Assembly (NCBI GenBank): GCA_963798085.1
Contig: CAWCRS010000007.1
Coordinates: 1,824,001 to 1,888,000, forward strand
Direction of reading: 5' to 3'
Length of the DNA stretch: 64,000 bases
Source: an uncultured Gemmatimonadales bacterium
GTDB taxonomy: Bacteria > Gemmatimonadota > Gemmatimonadetes > Longimicrobiales > RSA9
Positions 24,187 through 35,785 of the stretch are shown here, one piece after another. Numbering within the stretch: the first letter of the stretch is position 1; each line of letters opens with the position of its first letter. Under the pieces are notes generated by a model. It had not been told where the DNA came from. It saw nothing but the letters and a program-made list of their open reading frames with translations, and did no database searches. A program made the translations under genes and the position numbers.

Positions 24187-26421
24187 TCAGAATGCCTGCC
24201 CGATGGCGAAATGAAGCTGCAGCCGGTCGAGAAACGTGCGCCGCGGCTTCCACAGCACGGGAATCGCGAGTGCCTGCAGCTTTCCCGTGTCGCGCAGGTC
24301 GGCGGCATCGTACTGCGCATTCGGGTCGAGCGCCGAACACGGATCCGGGCTCTTGGGGCAGAGCTGCGTGGTCACCACGGTCAGTGTCTCGCCCTGCCCG
24401 GGATAGAAGCCCACATCCAGCCGGACAGGCCCGATCGGGCTGAAATAGCGCACGCCGAAGCCGGGTGTCCAGGCGACACTGCGCAGGTTGATCAATGCCC
24501 GCGCCTGCCACACCTGTCCGAAATCGACGAAAGCGGCGCCCCGCAGCCGGTCGCCCAGAATCGGAAATCGTACTTCTGCGTTAGCCACGAAAGACGCCGC
24601 GCCGCCCACCGGCCGCACGTTGAAGGCGTTCGGGTGGCCGGCAATGAACGCGCGCGGATCGCAGCTGCCATCGTTCACCTGCTGCGCCGTGCAGCCGGCG
24701 CCGCTGTCCGCCGGCACCATGAGCTTGAACGGGTCCGCGCTCAACAGCTTCGGTCCCAGGAAATACTGCGGGTATCCACGCACACTGTTCGGCCCACCCT
24801 CGAAGAAGCGCTTCTGTGGATGGATGCCCAGAGTCTGCGATCCGTTGCTGATCTGGTGCGCCCAGCCGGGCTTGATGCGCAGGGCCCAGACCCAGCCCGG
24901 CGTGAAGCTGTGGTAGTGGATCACCTCCAGAGCGCCGCGCACGTACGAGAAATCCGACCCGGTGAAGCCGCTCGCCACCTCGCCGTCCAGCCGTACGGTG
25001 TACCCGCGCGTGGGCGCGAAGATGCTGTTGGAGCGGTCCTGGCCGAGGCTGAGCGTGATGGGAGCCAGCCAATGGTAGTCACTGAGCGCGCTCACATCGC
25101 CCGGTCCGCACGCCGTGAAGTTGATGCAGAAGATGGCGTCACCGCTCTGCGTCCCCAGACGCGTGTGCTCGGGCCGATAACCGAGTGTAATGGCGCCGTA
25201 GCGCAGCGAACGGCTGAAATTCAGGTAGCCGCCCTGCGAGTAGCGGCGGAACACCTGCGGCAGGCTCTGCAGCTCGGCAAAGCCGCCTGCGCCGAACGTG
25301 TTGAGCGGTCCGAAGAGCCAGGGCTGCGTGAAATCCGCCGTACCCGAACCTGCCAGACTGCCGTAGTACGCATTGATGGGATCGAAGGGCTTGAACTGCT
25401 GCAGCGTCTTCGCCAGCAGGTTGCTCATGGTGGCGCGCACCGTGAGCCGGCGCGCGCCGCCGTAGAAGCTGCGGCTGGTCCACTGCAACTCGGTGTTGAG
25501 GTAGTCCGCGCTGCTCAGGCCCATGCCCGCGCGCACCCGGTGCAGGTCGCCTTCGTTCACCTGCACGCGCACCGGTATCAGCGTGTCGTCGTCGGTGCGC
25601 GGCACGGCCACGATCTCCGCATGACGGAATACCTCCTGGGCGAAGAGGTTCCGCTGGCTGCGCAGCAGTTGCTCCCGGCTGAAGACATCGCCGGTGGTGA
25701 ACGTGAGCATGCGGCGCACCACGGTGGAGTCCACTTTCTCCGCGCCCAGCACTTCCACGGTGCCGAAGCGCGAGCGGGCGCCCGCGAGTATGTCGTAGCT
25801 CACGGTCGCGGAGTGCGGCTGATCGCGCGGCGCGCTGTAGCTGGCCAGCACTTCCGCGTGCGCGTAGCCGCGGTTCTGAAGGCGTGCGATCATGCTGTCG
25901 CGCGCGGCCTCGTAGAGTGTGCGGCTCAGCGGATCGCCCACGTGCAGCGGCAGTGAGCGTGTGACCTCGCGCGGCACACTGTCCGCGCCCGAGAATGCGA
26001 TGTCGGTCACGCGGATCGGCTCGCCTTCGGCGACATTGAAGGCGACGTGCACCATTTCGCCTTCGCGCGTGGTGTCCACATGCACCCTCGCCTCACGGTA
26101 GCCCTGCCCCGCGTACAGGATCTGGAGCCGCAGTGCGTCCTGATCGAGGGCAATGGGATCGACGTACTGCCGGTCGACACCCACACCCAGCCAGCACAGC
26201 GGCTTCACTGCCGTGCACTGCGTCGGCGACGTGACCAGTGCGGCGGCCAGCACGCGGGGCGGAAACGCGTGCGCCCCGGGAAACGTCACCGAGGCGATTT
26301 CCATGGAATCGACGCGCGGGCGTTCCTGCGCCCCGGCGCGACCCGCTAACACAGCGATAGCAAGCAGGGCCGGTCCCGGTAGCGCGGCCAGCCCGGCCCT
26401 CCACATACCCGCCCGCTTCAT
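24187..26421 (-). CDS. tamA: BamA/TamA-family (Omp85) outer membrane protein
   Basis: Signal peptide, POTRA-like repeats, GGPNSVRGY, GFGVRYFSPIGPVRLD and C-terminal IGQAF. Confidence 0.88.
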   Translation of the reverse strand: MKRAGMWRAGLAALPGPALLAIAVLAGRAGAQERPRVDSMEIASVTFPGAHAFPPRVLAAALVTSPTQCTAVKPLCWLGVGVDRQYVDPIALDQDALRLQILYAGQGYREARVHVDTTREGEMVHVAFNVAEGEPIRVTDIAFSGADSVPREVTRSLPLHVGDPLSRTLYEAARDSMIARLQNRGYAHAEVLASYSAPRDQPHSATVSYDILAGARSRFGTVEVLGAEKVDSTVVRRMLTFTTGDVFSREQLLRSQRNLFAQEVFRHAEIVAVPRTDDDTLIPVRVQVNEGDLHRVRAGMGLSSADYLNTELQWTSRSFYGGARRLTVRATMSNLLAKTLQQFKPFDPINAYYGSLAGSGTADFTQPWLFGPLNTFGAGGFAELQSLPQVFRRYSQGGYLNFSRSLRYGAITLGYRPEHTRLGTQSGDAIFCINFTACGPGDVSALSDYHWLAPITLSLGQDRSNSIFAPTRGYTVRLDGEVASGFTGSDFSYVRGALEVIHYHSFTPGWVWALRIKPGWAHQISNGSQTLGIHPQKRFFEGGPNSVRGYPQYFLGPKLLSADPFKLMVPADSGAGCTAQQVNDGSCDPRAFIAGHPNAFNVRPVGGAASFVANAEVRFPILGDRLRGAAFVDFGQVWQARALINLRSVAWTPGFGVRYFSPIGPVRLDVGFYPGQGETLTVVTTQLCPKSPDPCSALDPNAQYDAADLRDTGKLQALAIPVLWKPRRTFLDRLQLHFAIGQAF

Positions 26422-27482
26422 CGCGCGCGCGCCGCGGCGGCCCGGACCAGGCCGGGGAAAGGCAGATCGGCGCGCGCCGTGCTCCCGGGCCCGCCCGTCT
26501 CGCCTCGCCCGTAGTGGAATGCCGCGGCACTCGCCACCATGGCGGCGTTGTCCGTGGCCAGCCGCGGCGACGGGAAATGCACGCTGGCTTCCCCCTCGAG
26601 CGCCGACTGCAGCGCGATGCGCAGGGCGAGGCTCGCGGCCACACCGCCGCCCAGCACCACGCGCGGACTGCCCGTCTCGCGCACCGCGCGCACGGTCTTG
26701 GCGACGAGCACATCGAGCAGCGCGCTCTGGAAGGACGCGGCGAGGTTGTCCACCTCGGCGTCCAGCCGGCCCGTGCGCTCCAGCTCGCGGACACGGGTGA
26801 GCACGGCGGTTTTCAGGCCACTGAACGAGAAGTCGTAGTAGTCCGTATCGCCGGGCAGCTGGTTGGACGCGAGCATGGGTCGCGGCAGCGCATGAGCGGC
26901 AGGATTGCCGGCCCTCGCCCTCGCTTCGATGCGCGGCCCGCCCGGGTACCCGAGCCCGAGGATGCGCGCCACCTTGTCGAAGGCTTCGCCCGCCGCATCA
27001 TCGCGCGTCTCGCCCAGCAGCTGGTAGCAGCCCCACTCCCGCACGTTGAGCAGCATGGTGTGTCCGCCCGAAACGAGCAGCGCCACGAACGGTGGCGTCG
27101 CCGCCGCATCATCCAGCGCTGTGCCGAACAGGTGAGCCTCCATGTGATGCACGGGCACGAAAGGCCGGCCCAGCGCAAAAGCCGCGCTCTTGCTCCACGT
27201 CAGGCCCACGAGCAGCGCGCCGATGAGGCCGGGGCCCGCGGTTGCCGCTAACACGTCGATATCACGCAGCGCAACACCCGCCTGCCGCAACGCGCCATCC
27301 ACCACATCGTCGATGGCGGCCAGGTGCGCGCGTGCCGCGATCTCGGGCACCACCCCGCCGTACAGGGCGTGGGCGTCCTGCGACAGGATGATGTGGCCCA
27401 GGACACGCTGCTGGCCGCGCAGCACGGCCGCCGACGTTTCGTCGCAGGATGTCTCGACGGCCAGGATCAGGGGCTCGCTCAT
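26418..27482 (-). CDS. tsaD: tRNA N6-threonylcarbamoyltransferase
   Basis: ILAVETSCDETS, GGVVPEIAARAH, HHMEAH, VSGGHT, DDAAGEAFDK and TDNAAM. Confidence 0.97.
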   Translation of the reverse strand: MSEPLILAVETSCDETSAAVLRGQQRVLGHIILSQDAHALYGGVVPEIAARAHLAAIDDVVDGALRQAGVALRDIDVLAATAGPGLIGALLVGLTWSKSAAFALGRPFVPVHHMEAHLFGTALDDAAATPPFVALLVSGGHTMLLNVREWGCYQLLGETRDDAAGEAFDKVARILGLGYPGGPRIEARARAGNPAAHALPRPMLASNQLPGDTDYYDFSFSGLKTAVLTRVRELERTGRLDAEVDNLAASFQSALLDVLVAKTVRAVRETGSPRVVLGGGVAASLALRIALQSALEGEASVHFPSPRLATDNAAMVASAAAFHYGRGETGGPGSTARADLPFPGLVRAAAARAR

Positions 27483-28201
27483 TCCGGCGATCTGCCGCGG
27501 CGCCCGCCGCGCGACCCGGTGGTGTCCGCCGTCGCGCGGATGGATACGATCATGCGCACCTCCTGCGGGCTCAGCACCACGGCCCGGTTGCGACGGTCCA
27601 GCGAATCCAGCGGCACGACAATGGTGTCGCTGACGGTATGCCGTGTCAGATCGAGCGCAGGCAGGCGCAGCGAGTCCATGCGCTCGAGGGCGCGGGTGGG
27701 GCCGGTGGCGCGCACCGCGGCGGGTTCGAGCAGCACGTGACCAACGAGCTCGAAGCCGGCGGGCGGCGCGCCGAGCACCGTCACCGCCACCGGTATCAGC
27801 CGGCTGGTCACGCGATCGAAGGAGAGCCGCACGGCGGCCGGCCGGATCTCGTCTACACGGGTGTTATCGAGCCCCTTGCCCAGCGCCACCCAGCCCGGAC
27901 GCAGCACTACGACTTCAGTGGAGTCGGTGACATTGTCCAGCGGCACGAGTATGCTGGGCCGCTCCGCCGCGGCGCGGATCAGTTCGCGCACCGGCCCGGA
28001 GAACACGACGCGTACCACGGGCGGCTCCGGTTCCGAAGCCAGCACCCAGCCGGCATCCCGGTTCATGACCTGTACCGGGATCTCGTCGATGCCCACCTGA
28101 TTATCAGTCTTGACCAGCGTCCAGAGCAGAAAGGCGAGACCGAGGGCGGTCAGCTTGAGCAGCAGGTCCTTGGTCAGCGTATCGAGCAGCCGCTGCAGCA
28201 C
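27479..28201 (-). CDS. CdaR/YbbR-like domain protein
   Basis: Probable GTG start at 28201; N-terminal TM LKLTALGLAFLLW; two YbbR-like units (PVVRVVFSGP; IPVAV..G.PPAGF..EPAAVRATGP). Confidence 0.8.
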   Translation of the reverse strand: MLQRLLDTLTKDLLLKLTALGLAFLLWTLVKTDNQVGIDEIPVQVMNRDAGWVLASEPEPPVVRVVFSGPVRELIRAAAERPSILVPLDNVTDSTEVVVLRPGWVALGKGLDNTRVDEIRPAAVRLSFDRVTSRLIPVAVTVLGAPPAGFELVGHVLLEPAAVRATGPTRALERMDSLRLPALDLTRHTVSDTIVVPLDSLDRRNRAVVLSPQEVRMIVSIRATADTTGSRGGRRGRSPE

Positions 28202-28203
28202 CG

Positions 28204-28761
28204 TCAGCTCCCCAGAAGCTTGCGGATCTCCGTCTGGAATTGCGGCTGATCCCAGGCGCGTCCGCCGAGGTACTTGCCGCGGATGCGTCCCTCGCGATCG
28301 ATCAGGTAGGAAACAGGCAGGCCCGGCACCGGAAACCCATCTTCCACATGCCGGTCCGGATCGTACAGCACGGGGAATGTAATGCCGTGTTCCCGGACGA
28401 AGTTCTGCACGGCTTCCTGCGGCTCGCCCTCGGTCAGTGCGGCGTTGTCGACACTGACGGCGACCACGGTGAAGCCCGCATCCTTCATGGTGAGGAAGGC
28501 GTTCTCGAGCGCGGGCATTTCGCGCACGCACGGCACGCACCAGGTGGCCCACACGTTGAGCAGCACCACGCGACCGTGCAGGTCAGCGAGTCGCATCGTG
28601 TCCCTGGCAAGCGTAAGACCCTGATAGGCGGGCGCCTTGCTGCCCACATCGAGCGGCTCGTGGCGGCCCCGCGCGGACCACGCGTATCCCACCAGTATTA
28701 CGAGAACGGCGCCCACGATGCCGCGGCGCAACCAGCGCGAGCGTGTTTCAGCGGCCAGCAT
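28204..28761 (-). CDS. TlpA/ResA-family thiol-disulfide oxidoreductase
   Basis: N-terminal TM; LLNVWATWCVPCVREMP (CxxC); GLPVSYLIDREG. Confidence 0.92.
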   Translation of the reverse strand: MLAAETRSRWLRRGIVGAVLVILVGYAWSARGRHEPLDVGSKAPAYQGLTLARDTMRLADLHGRVVLLNVWATWCVPCVREMPALENAFLTMKDAGFTVVAVSVDNAALTEGEPQEAVQNFVREHGITFPVLYDPDRHVEDGFPVPGLPVSYLIDREGRIRGKYLGGRAWDQPQFQTEIRKLLGS

Positions 28762-29554
28762 GGGCGAGTCCGGGTAGCAGGACTGGAACGCGGGCCGGTT
28801 CCGCGGGACACGAAGCGCCCCGCGCCTCGCCTTCCGCCGGTCCCGTCTGACAGCGTGTAACCTGCTGTCCACGCACGAACATAGCCTTTCCGTCGGACGC
28901 TGACCAGCCGCGCCCCGGCGAAGCCAGCGTGTCGATGTGAACCGTGTCCAGCGCGGTCGTGTCGACGCCTGCACTCACGAGAATCGTGACGCGCGCCGGA
29001 AGCTGCAGTCGCTCGCCCGCCTCGGGATTGAGTCCGATCACGCGACCCTTCGCTTCGCTCGACGTCGTATCGATACGCTGCACATCGAAGCCCAGTCGCG
29101 TGAGCAGCCCGGCGGCCCTGTCCACCGGGAAGCCCATCACATCAGGCACCACCACGCGCGGCCGTCCCGAGCTGATGGCCACGCGCACGGATGCGCCCGT
29201 GCGCAGCTGTTGTCCCGGCAGCGGCGACTGCGCGATGATCGTGTTCTCGGGCGCCGTCGGACTGGGCAGTCGGGTCACTTCCAGCGAGCCCAGCCCCACA
29301 GACTCGAGCTCGCGCTGTGCCGCACCCGCTGTTTCTCCGGTCAGCGCCGGAACCGGGATGCCCTGTGCCACCACGGGCGGCGGCGGGAAGATCACCCGTA
29401 CCGCGAGCACGTAGCCGAGCGCAAACGGCAGTGTGGCGCCCAGAGCGATAAGCGCCCAGTAGCCGGCTTTCCAGCGCCGGCTTCGCGGCGTGCCGGTTTC
29501 CGCCGAGCGCTTCCGCTTCCCGCCCATGCGCCGCTTCACGGAGTCGCCGAGCAT
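28748..29554 (-). CDS. Membrane-anchored PASTA domain protein (two PASTA repeats)
   Basis: TM segment, then VPALTG..IIAQSPLPG and VPDVMG..VIGLNPEAG; C-terminal tail uncertain. Confidence 0.85.
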   Translation of the reverse strand: MLGDSVKRRMGGKRKRSAETGTPRSRRWKAGYWALIALGATLPFALGYVLAVRVIFPPPPVVAQGIPVPALTGETAGAAQRELESVGLGSLEVTRLPSPTAPENTIIAQSPLPGQQLRTGASVRVAISSGRPRVVVPDVMGFPVDRAAGLLTRLGFDVQRIDTTSSEAKGRVIGLNPEAGERLQLPARVTILVSAGVDTTALDTVHIDTLASPGRGWSASDGKAMFVRGQQVTRCQTGPAEGEARGASCPAEPARVPVLLPGLAHAGR

Positions 29555-30868
29555 TCAGGGCTTGCGCCGCAAGCGTGCGGCGAAGGCGCCATCGAACCCC
29601 TGCTCCTGCGGCAGCAGCCGCAGCCGTCCGTCCCCGGCCAGCCCGGTCAGGGCCGGCGCGGCCGGCGCTTCCACAGCGAACGCGCGGTTCCTCTCGAGGA
29701 ACGCATCCACCTGCATGTCATTCTCCTCCGCCTCCAGTGAGCACGTCGCGTACACGAGCAGACCGCCCGGTCGGACCACGGCCGCCGCAGCGTCCAGCAG
29801 CTCGGCCTGCAGCCGGGCGAGTGAGGCGACGTCGTCGGCGCCCAGTCGCCAGCGCCCGTCCGCGTGCCGGCGCAACGTCCCGGTGCCGGTGCACGGCGCA
29901 TCCACGAGCACGACGTCGGCCGCGCGTACCGCCGGCCTCCGGCCATCCATCACAACCATGCGCACGGGCAATGCCGGCAGGCGCGCGAGATTCTCGCGCA
30001 CGCGGCCGATGCGCGCCTTGGATGCATCGGCTGCCACTACCCTGCGCACCGACGCAGAACCGGTGCCCACGGCAAGCGCGATACTCTTTCCGCCGGGCGC
30101 GGCGCACAGGTCCAGAACGAGTGCATCGGCGGGCGGCGCGGCATAGCGCGCCACCACACCCGCCGCGGGGTCCTGCACGATCGCGGGAATTGCCGCAAGC
30201 GCATCCGTCAGCGCAGCGCCCCCGCCTAACCGGATCGCATTCGGCGCCCCCGCGACGGACGCCGCCGCCACATCGTGCGCTGTCAGTGTCGCCAGTGCGT
30301 CGGGAATCGCAATGCCCACGGGGCGAAGGTACAGCGCGGGCCGCTGATTGTTCGCTTCGACCAGCTGGCGCGCGGATTCGGCGCCGAAGCGCGCGACCCA
30401 GCGTTCGACCAGCCAGCGCGGGTGGCTGCCCCATGTGCTCAGGTACGCGACTGGATCCGCGGCGAAATCGGGAAACGCGAACACGCCTTCTGCACGCTTC
30501 ACCGATTGCAGCACGGCGTTCACGAGGCGCGCGCCACCGGGCGAATGCGGACGGACCAGCGACACGGATTCGGAGACTGCGGCGTACGCAGGCACGCTGT
30601 CCATCTCGAGCAGCTGGTACGTGCCCAGCCGCAGCGCATCGAGCACCACGGCATCGAGACGCTCCAGAGGACGACTCGCGAATGGTTCGAGAATGTGATC
30701 GAGGCGACCGCGCAGTCTCAGCGTGCCCTGCACCAGCTCCTGCGTCCACGCTCGGTCACGCTGCGGCAGTCGCTCGATCTCCCGGCGCAGCGCGGCGTCG
30801 GCCAGCTCACCCGTGCGCAGCGCGTCGAGCACCCGCAGAGCGGCCTGACGCGCCGGCGTCGCATTCAC
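29555..30868 (-). CDS. rsmB: 16S rRNA (cytosine-967-C5)-methyltransferase
   Basis: NusB-like N-terminus, SHPRWL, DLCAAPGGKS, DAPCTGTG and LVYATCSL; probable GTG start at 30868. Confidence 0.93.
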   Translation of the reverse strand: MNATPARQAALRVLDALRTGELADAALRREIERLPQRDRAWTQELVQGTLRLRGRLDHILEPFASRPLERLDAVVLDALRLGTYQLLEMDSVPAYAAVSESVSLVRPHSPGGARLVNAVLQSVKRAEGVFAFPDFAADPVAYLSTWGSHPRWLVERWVARFGAESARQLVEANNQRPALYLRPVGIAIPDALATLTAHDVAAASVAGAPNAIRLGGGAALTDALAAIPAIVQDPAAGVVARYAAPPADALVLDLCAAPGGKSIALAVGTGSASVRRVVAADASKARIGRVRENLARLPALPVRMVVMDGRRPAVRAADVVLVDAPCTGTGTLRRHADGRWRLGADDVASLARLQAELLDAAAAVVRPGGLLVYATCSLEAEENDMQVDAFLERNRAFAVEAPAAPALTGLAGDGRLRLLPQEQGFDGAFAARLRRKP

Positions 30869-30925
30869 GACGCGATCGGGCGATGCACCTCGAATGCGGG
30901 GCGTAGCGCACACGCGGCGGATCGC

Positions 30926-31705
30926 TCAGCGCAGCATGCCGACAACCGGCGACGACGGCACGGCCACTTCGCGACGCGGCATGCGCCCGGCGAGGTATGC
31001 CAGGCGCCCGGCCTGAACACCGAGCTGCATGGCCAGCGCCATGCGCACGGGATCGCCGGCCTCGGCAATCGCGGTATTCATGAGGATGCCATCCACACCC
31101 TGCTCCATCGTCAGGCACGCATCCAATGCCGTGCCCACGCCCGCATCGACGATCACCGGACATTCCAGCCGGCTCTTGATCTCGCGCACGAAATAAGGAT
31201 TCAGCAGACCCAGTCCGCTGCCGATGGGACTGGCGAGAGGCATCACCGCAGCGCAGCCCGCGTCTTCGAGACGGAGTGCGGTGACCACGTCTTCGTTCGT
31301 GTATGCCAACACTTTGAAGCCGTCCGCTACAAGCACTTTCGCGGCCTCGAGCGTGGCCACCACATCGGGCAGCAGCGTACGCTGGTCACCGATCACTTCG
31401 AGCTTCACCCAGTCGTTCAGACCCGCGGCGCGTCCCAGCCGCGCGTAGCGTACCGCATCATCCGCGTTGTAGCAGCCGGCCGTGTTGGGCAGGATGAAGA
31501 TGCTCTCGGGATCGAGATGGTGCAGGATGCCTTCTTCCCTGCTGCGATCCAGATCCACGCGCCGCACTGCAACGGTCACCATGCCCGCGCCCGACGCTTC
31601 GATGGCGCGCACCATGGTTTCGTTGTCGCGGTATTTGCCGGTCCCGACAATGAGCCGCGACGCGAACGCGCGGCCCGCAATGATCAGTGGCGCGTCCTGC
31701 ATCAC
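30926..31705 (-). CDS. thiG: Thiazole synthase
   Basis: SRLIVGTGKY, LPNTAGC, WVKLEV, MPLASPIGSG and DAGVG. Confidence 0.97.
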   Translation of the reverse strand: MMQDAPLIIAGRAFASRLIVGTGKYRDNETMVRAIEASGAGMVTVAVRRVDLDRSREEGILHHLDPESIFILPNTAGCYNADDAVRYARLGRAAGLNDWVKLEVIGDQRTLLPDVVATLEAAKVLVADGFKVLAYTNEDVVTALRLEDAGCAAVMPLASPIGSGLGLLNPYFVREIKSRLECPVIVDAGVGTALDACLTMEQGVDGILMNTAIAEAGDPVRMALAMQLGVQAGRLAYLAGRMPRREVAVPSSPVVGMLR

Positions 31706-31708
31706 GTC

Positions 31709-31921
31709 TCACCCTCCTCCGACGAAATGCACCAGCTCGAAGATGTCACCGGTGCGCACTTCCACCGAGGACAGGCGGCCGCGTTCGAGGATTTCGCGAT
31801 TGTGCTCGACCACGACCGTGCCCGGCTGGAGTCCCAGCTCGCGCAGCATCTCCGTCACCGAAAGTCCGGCCGGCAACTCCTTCGGCTGACCGTTCAGTGT
31901 GACCAGGACGATTGTTTCCAT
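31709..31921 (-). CDS. thiS: Sulfur carrier protein ThiS
   Basis: 70-aa ubiquitin-like protein ending VHFVGGG, adjacent to thiG. Confidence 0.95.
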   Translation of the reverse strand: METIVLVTLNGQPKELPAGLSVTEMLRELGLQPGTVVVEHNREILERGRLSSVEVRTGDIFELVHFVGGG

Positions 31922-31949
31922 GCGCCCGCTTCCTGCCGGCCGTGTGTGT

Positions 31950-32579
31950 TCAAGCGCCGAATGTGTGCGTCAGCGCTTCGAGGTACCCCTCAAGGCCACG
32001 TATCGGATCCCCGGCCCAGATGCCGCCCAGCACCGCGGCACCATGCGCGCCCGCCCGCGCCAGCGCGCGCATGTGATCCGGCTGCACACCGCCGATCGCG
32101 AGCACGGGCCGGCTCGTCGCGGCGACGCTCGCGCGCACGAGCTCGACACCGCCGGTCGTCTGACCTCTGTGGCTCGCGCTCGGCCAGATTGCGCCGATCA
32201 ACACGAAGTCCGCGCCTGACGCCGCTGCTTCGGCTGTTTCACCGGCACTGTGCGCGGAGTAGCCGATCGTACGACTGCCCAGCAGGCTGCGCGCGCCCGC
32301 CAGCGGCAGGGAGCGCCGGCCCAGCTGTACACCGTGCGCGCCACTCGCCAGCGCCAGGTCAATGCGGTCGTTGATCAGCAGCATGGCGCCCGCGTCATTG
32401 GCCGCCGGCACGAGTCGCTCCGCCAGTGCGTGAAGCACGCTCGCGCGGGTGCCGTGCCCACGCAAATGCAGGGCGACGTCGTGGCCGCCGCGCTTCAGCA
32501 CAGCAGCCGCCGCTTCCGTGAACGCCGGCGAGGCGAGGACCGTGTCGTCGCTTACAATGTGGAGGCGAGGCAGCGTCAC
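31950..32579 (-). CDS. thiE: Thiamine phosphate synthase / TenI-like protein
   Basis: INDRIDLA, GVQLG, IGYSAHS and VLAIGGV; GTG at 32579 overlaps the fmt stop. Confidence 0.8.
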   Translation of the reverse strand: MTLPRLHIVSDDTVLASPAFTEAAAAVLKRGGHDVALHLRGHGTRASVLHALAERLVPAANDAGAMLLINDRIDLALASGAHGVQLGRRSLPLAGARSLLGSRTIGYSAHSAGETAEAAASGADFVLIGAIWPSASHRGQTTGGVELVRASVAATSRPVLAIGGVQPDHMRALARAGAHGAAVLGGIWAGDPIRGLEGYLEALTHTFGA

Positions 32580-33517
32580 GCGAAACGATCGCCGGGCTGC
32601 AGGCGCCGGCCGCGCAGCCACTCGGCGGTGGTCATGCGACGGCGTCCGGCCGGCTGCACTTCGCGGACCCAGAGTCCACCGCCGCCGCAGGCGATGAGCA
32701 TGCCGTGCGCGGGATCGCCGGGTTCGACGTCGAGCACGGTGCCGGGCGCTTCGCGATGTTCGCGCGGGTCCACGAGCGGCCGGAACATCTTGACCGTCTC
32801 GACCTCGCTCGTGGTCCAGGCGCCGGGTGCATCATCGAACGCGCGCAGATGGCAGCAGACCTCGCGCGCGGATTTCTGCCAGTCAATGCGTGCGTGCTCG
32901 CGTGTGACCATGGGCGCCCATGTGGCGCGCGTTTCGTCCTGCGGCGTTTCCTCGAGCGCGCCTTCTTCCATGAGCGCAAGTGCTTCCACCAGTGCTTCGG
33001 CGCCGATCTCGCTGAGGCGTGCGGTCAGCTCGGCCGCAGTCTCCTGCTCGCCAATGGGCTCCGCGACCTGGAGCAGGATGGGGCCGGCATCGAGGCGCTC
33101 CTCCATGCGCATGATCGTGATGCCGGTGACATCGCAGCCGCGGTGTATGGCCCAGGCGATGGGCGCGGCGCCGCGCAGCTCGGGCAGCAGTGAGGCGTGC
33201 ACGTTGACGGAACCGAGGCGGGGCGCATCGAGGACTTCGCGGCGCAGGATCTGGCCGTACGCGGCCACGACGTTGAGGTCGGCCTGCTGGCTTTGGAGCC
33301 ACTCCAGGAACTCATCGCCGCGCGGCTTTTCGGGCTGCGCGACGGGAATGCCTTCCTCGATGGCGATCTGCTTGACGGGAGGCGCGCGCAACTCGCGTGT
33401 GCGACCGGCGGGCCGGTCCGGCTGTGTGACGACGGCGGCGACGTCGTGTCCCTCACCCAGCAGCGCGCGCAGGGCGGGCAGCGCGAACTCCGGTGTTCCC
33501 CAGAACACGACCCTCAC
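32576..33517 (-). CDS. fmt: Methionyl-tRNA formyltransferase
   Basis: VFWGTPEFA, VTQPDRPAGR, NVHASLLP.LRGAAPI and LDAGP. Confidence 0.97.
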   Translation of the reverse strand: MRVVFWGTPEFALPALRALLGEGHDVAAVVTQPDRPAGRTRELRAPPVKQIAIEEGIPVAQPEKPRGDEFLEWLQSQQADLNVVAAYGQILRREVLDAPRLGSVNVHASLLPELRGAAPIAWAIHRGCDVTGITIMRMEERLDAGPILLQVAEPIGEQETAAELTARLSEIGAEALVEALALMEEGALEETPQDETRATWAPMVTREHARIDWQKSAREVCCHLRAFDDAPGAWTTSEVETVKMFRPLVDPREHREAPGTVLDVEPGDPAHGMLIACGGGGLWVREVQPAGRRRMTTAEWLRGRRLQPGDRFA

Positions 33518-33524
33518 GCCGGTC

Positions 33525-34035
33525 TCATTCCTTCCCGTTGTCGCGCCGCTTCTTCTCCCACTTCTTGAGCAGCATCTTGCGCTTCAGCGGACTGACGCGG
33601 TCAATGAAGAGAATGCCATCGAGGTGATCGACCTCGTGCTGCAGGATGCGCGCGAGCAGGCCGCTGGCGTCAATGCGCAGCGGCTTGCCTTCGGGATCGA
33701 GCGCTTCCACTACGACGCTGACTGAGCGCTGCACCATGTCCTTCAGGCCGGGCAGGCTCAGACAGCCTTCCTCGCCTTTCTCGACATCTTCGCTGGCTTC
33801 CAGGATCACGGGATTGATCGAGCGCGAGGGGAGGCGTGGCTTCGTCGTGCGCATCGACCACGATAACACGCTGTTCCTCACCCACCTGGTTGCCGGCCAG
33901 ACCCACGCCCTCTTCCGCATACATGGTCTCGAACATGTCCGCGATGAGGGCGCGCAGACGGCCATCGATCTCGGTCACGGGCTTCGCCTTGCGGCGCAGC
34001 ACGGGATCGCCCAGCAGTCGTACTTCACGCGTCAT
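33525..34035 (-). CDS. def: Peptide deformylase (frameshift near 33825)
   Basis: GDPVLR and GVGLAGNQVG in ORF 33670..34035; EGCLS and QHEVDHLDG in ORF 33525..33965. Confidence 0.94.
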
Positions 34036-34048
34036 CGTTCCGGGTCCC

Positions 34049-35779
<1,731 letters not shown>

Positions 35780-35785
35780 CATCCG

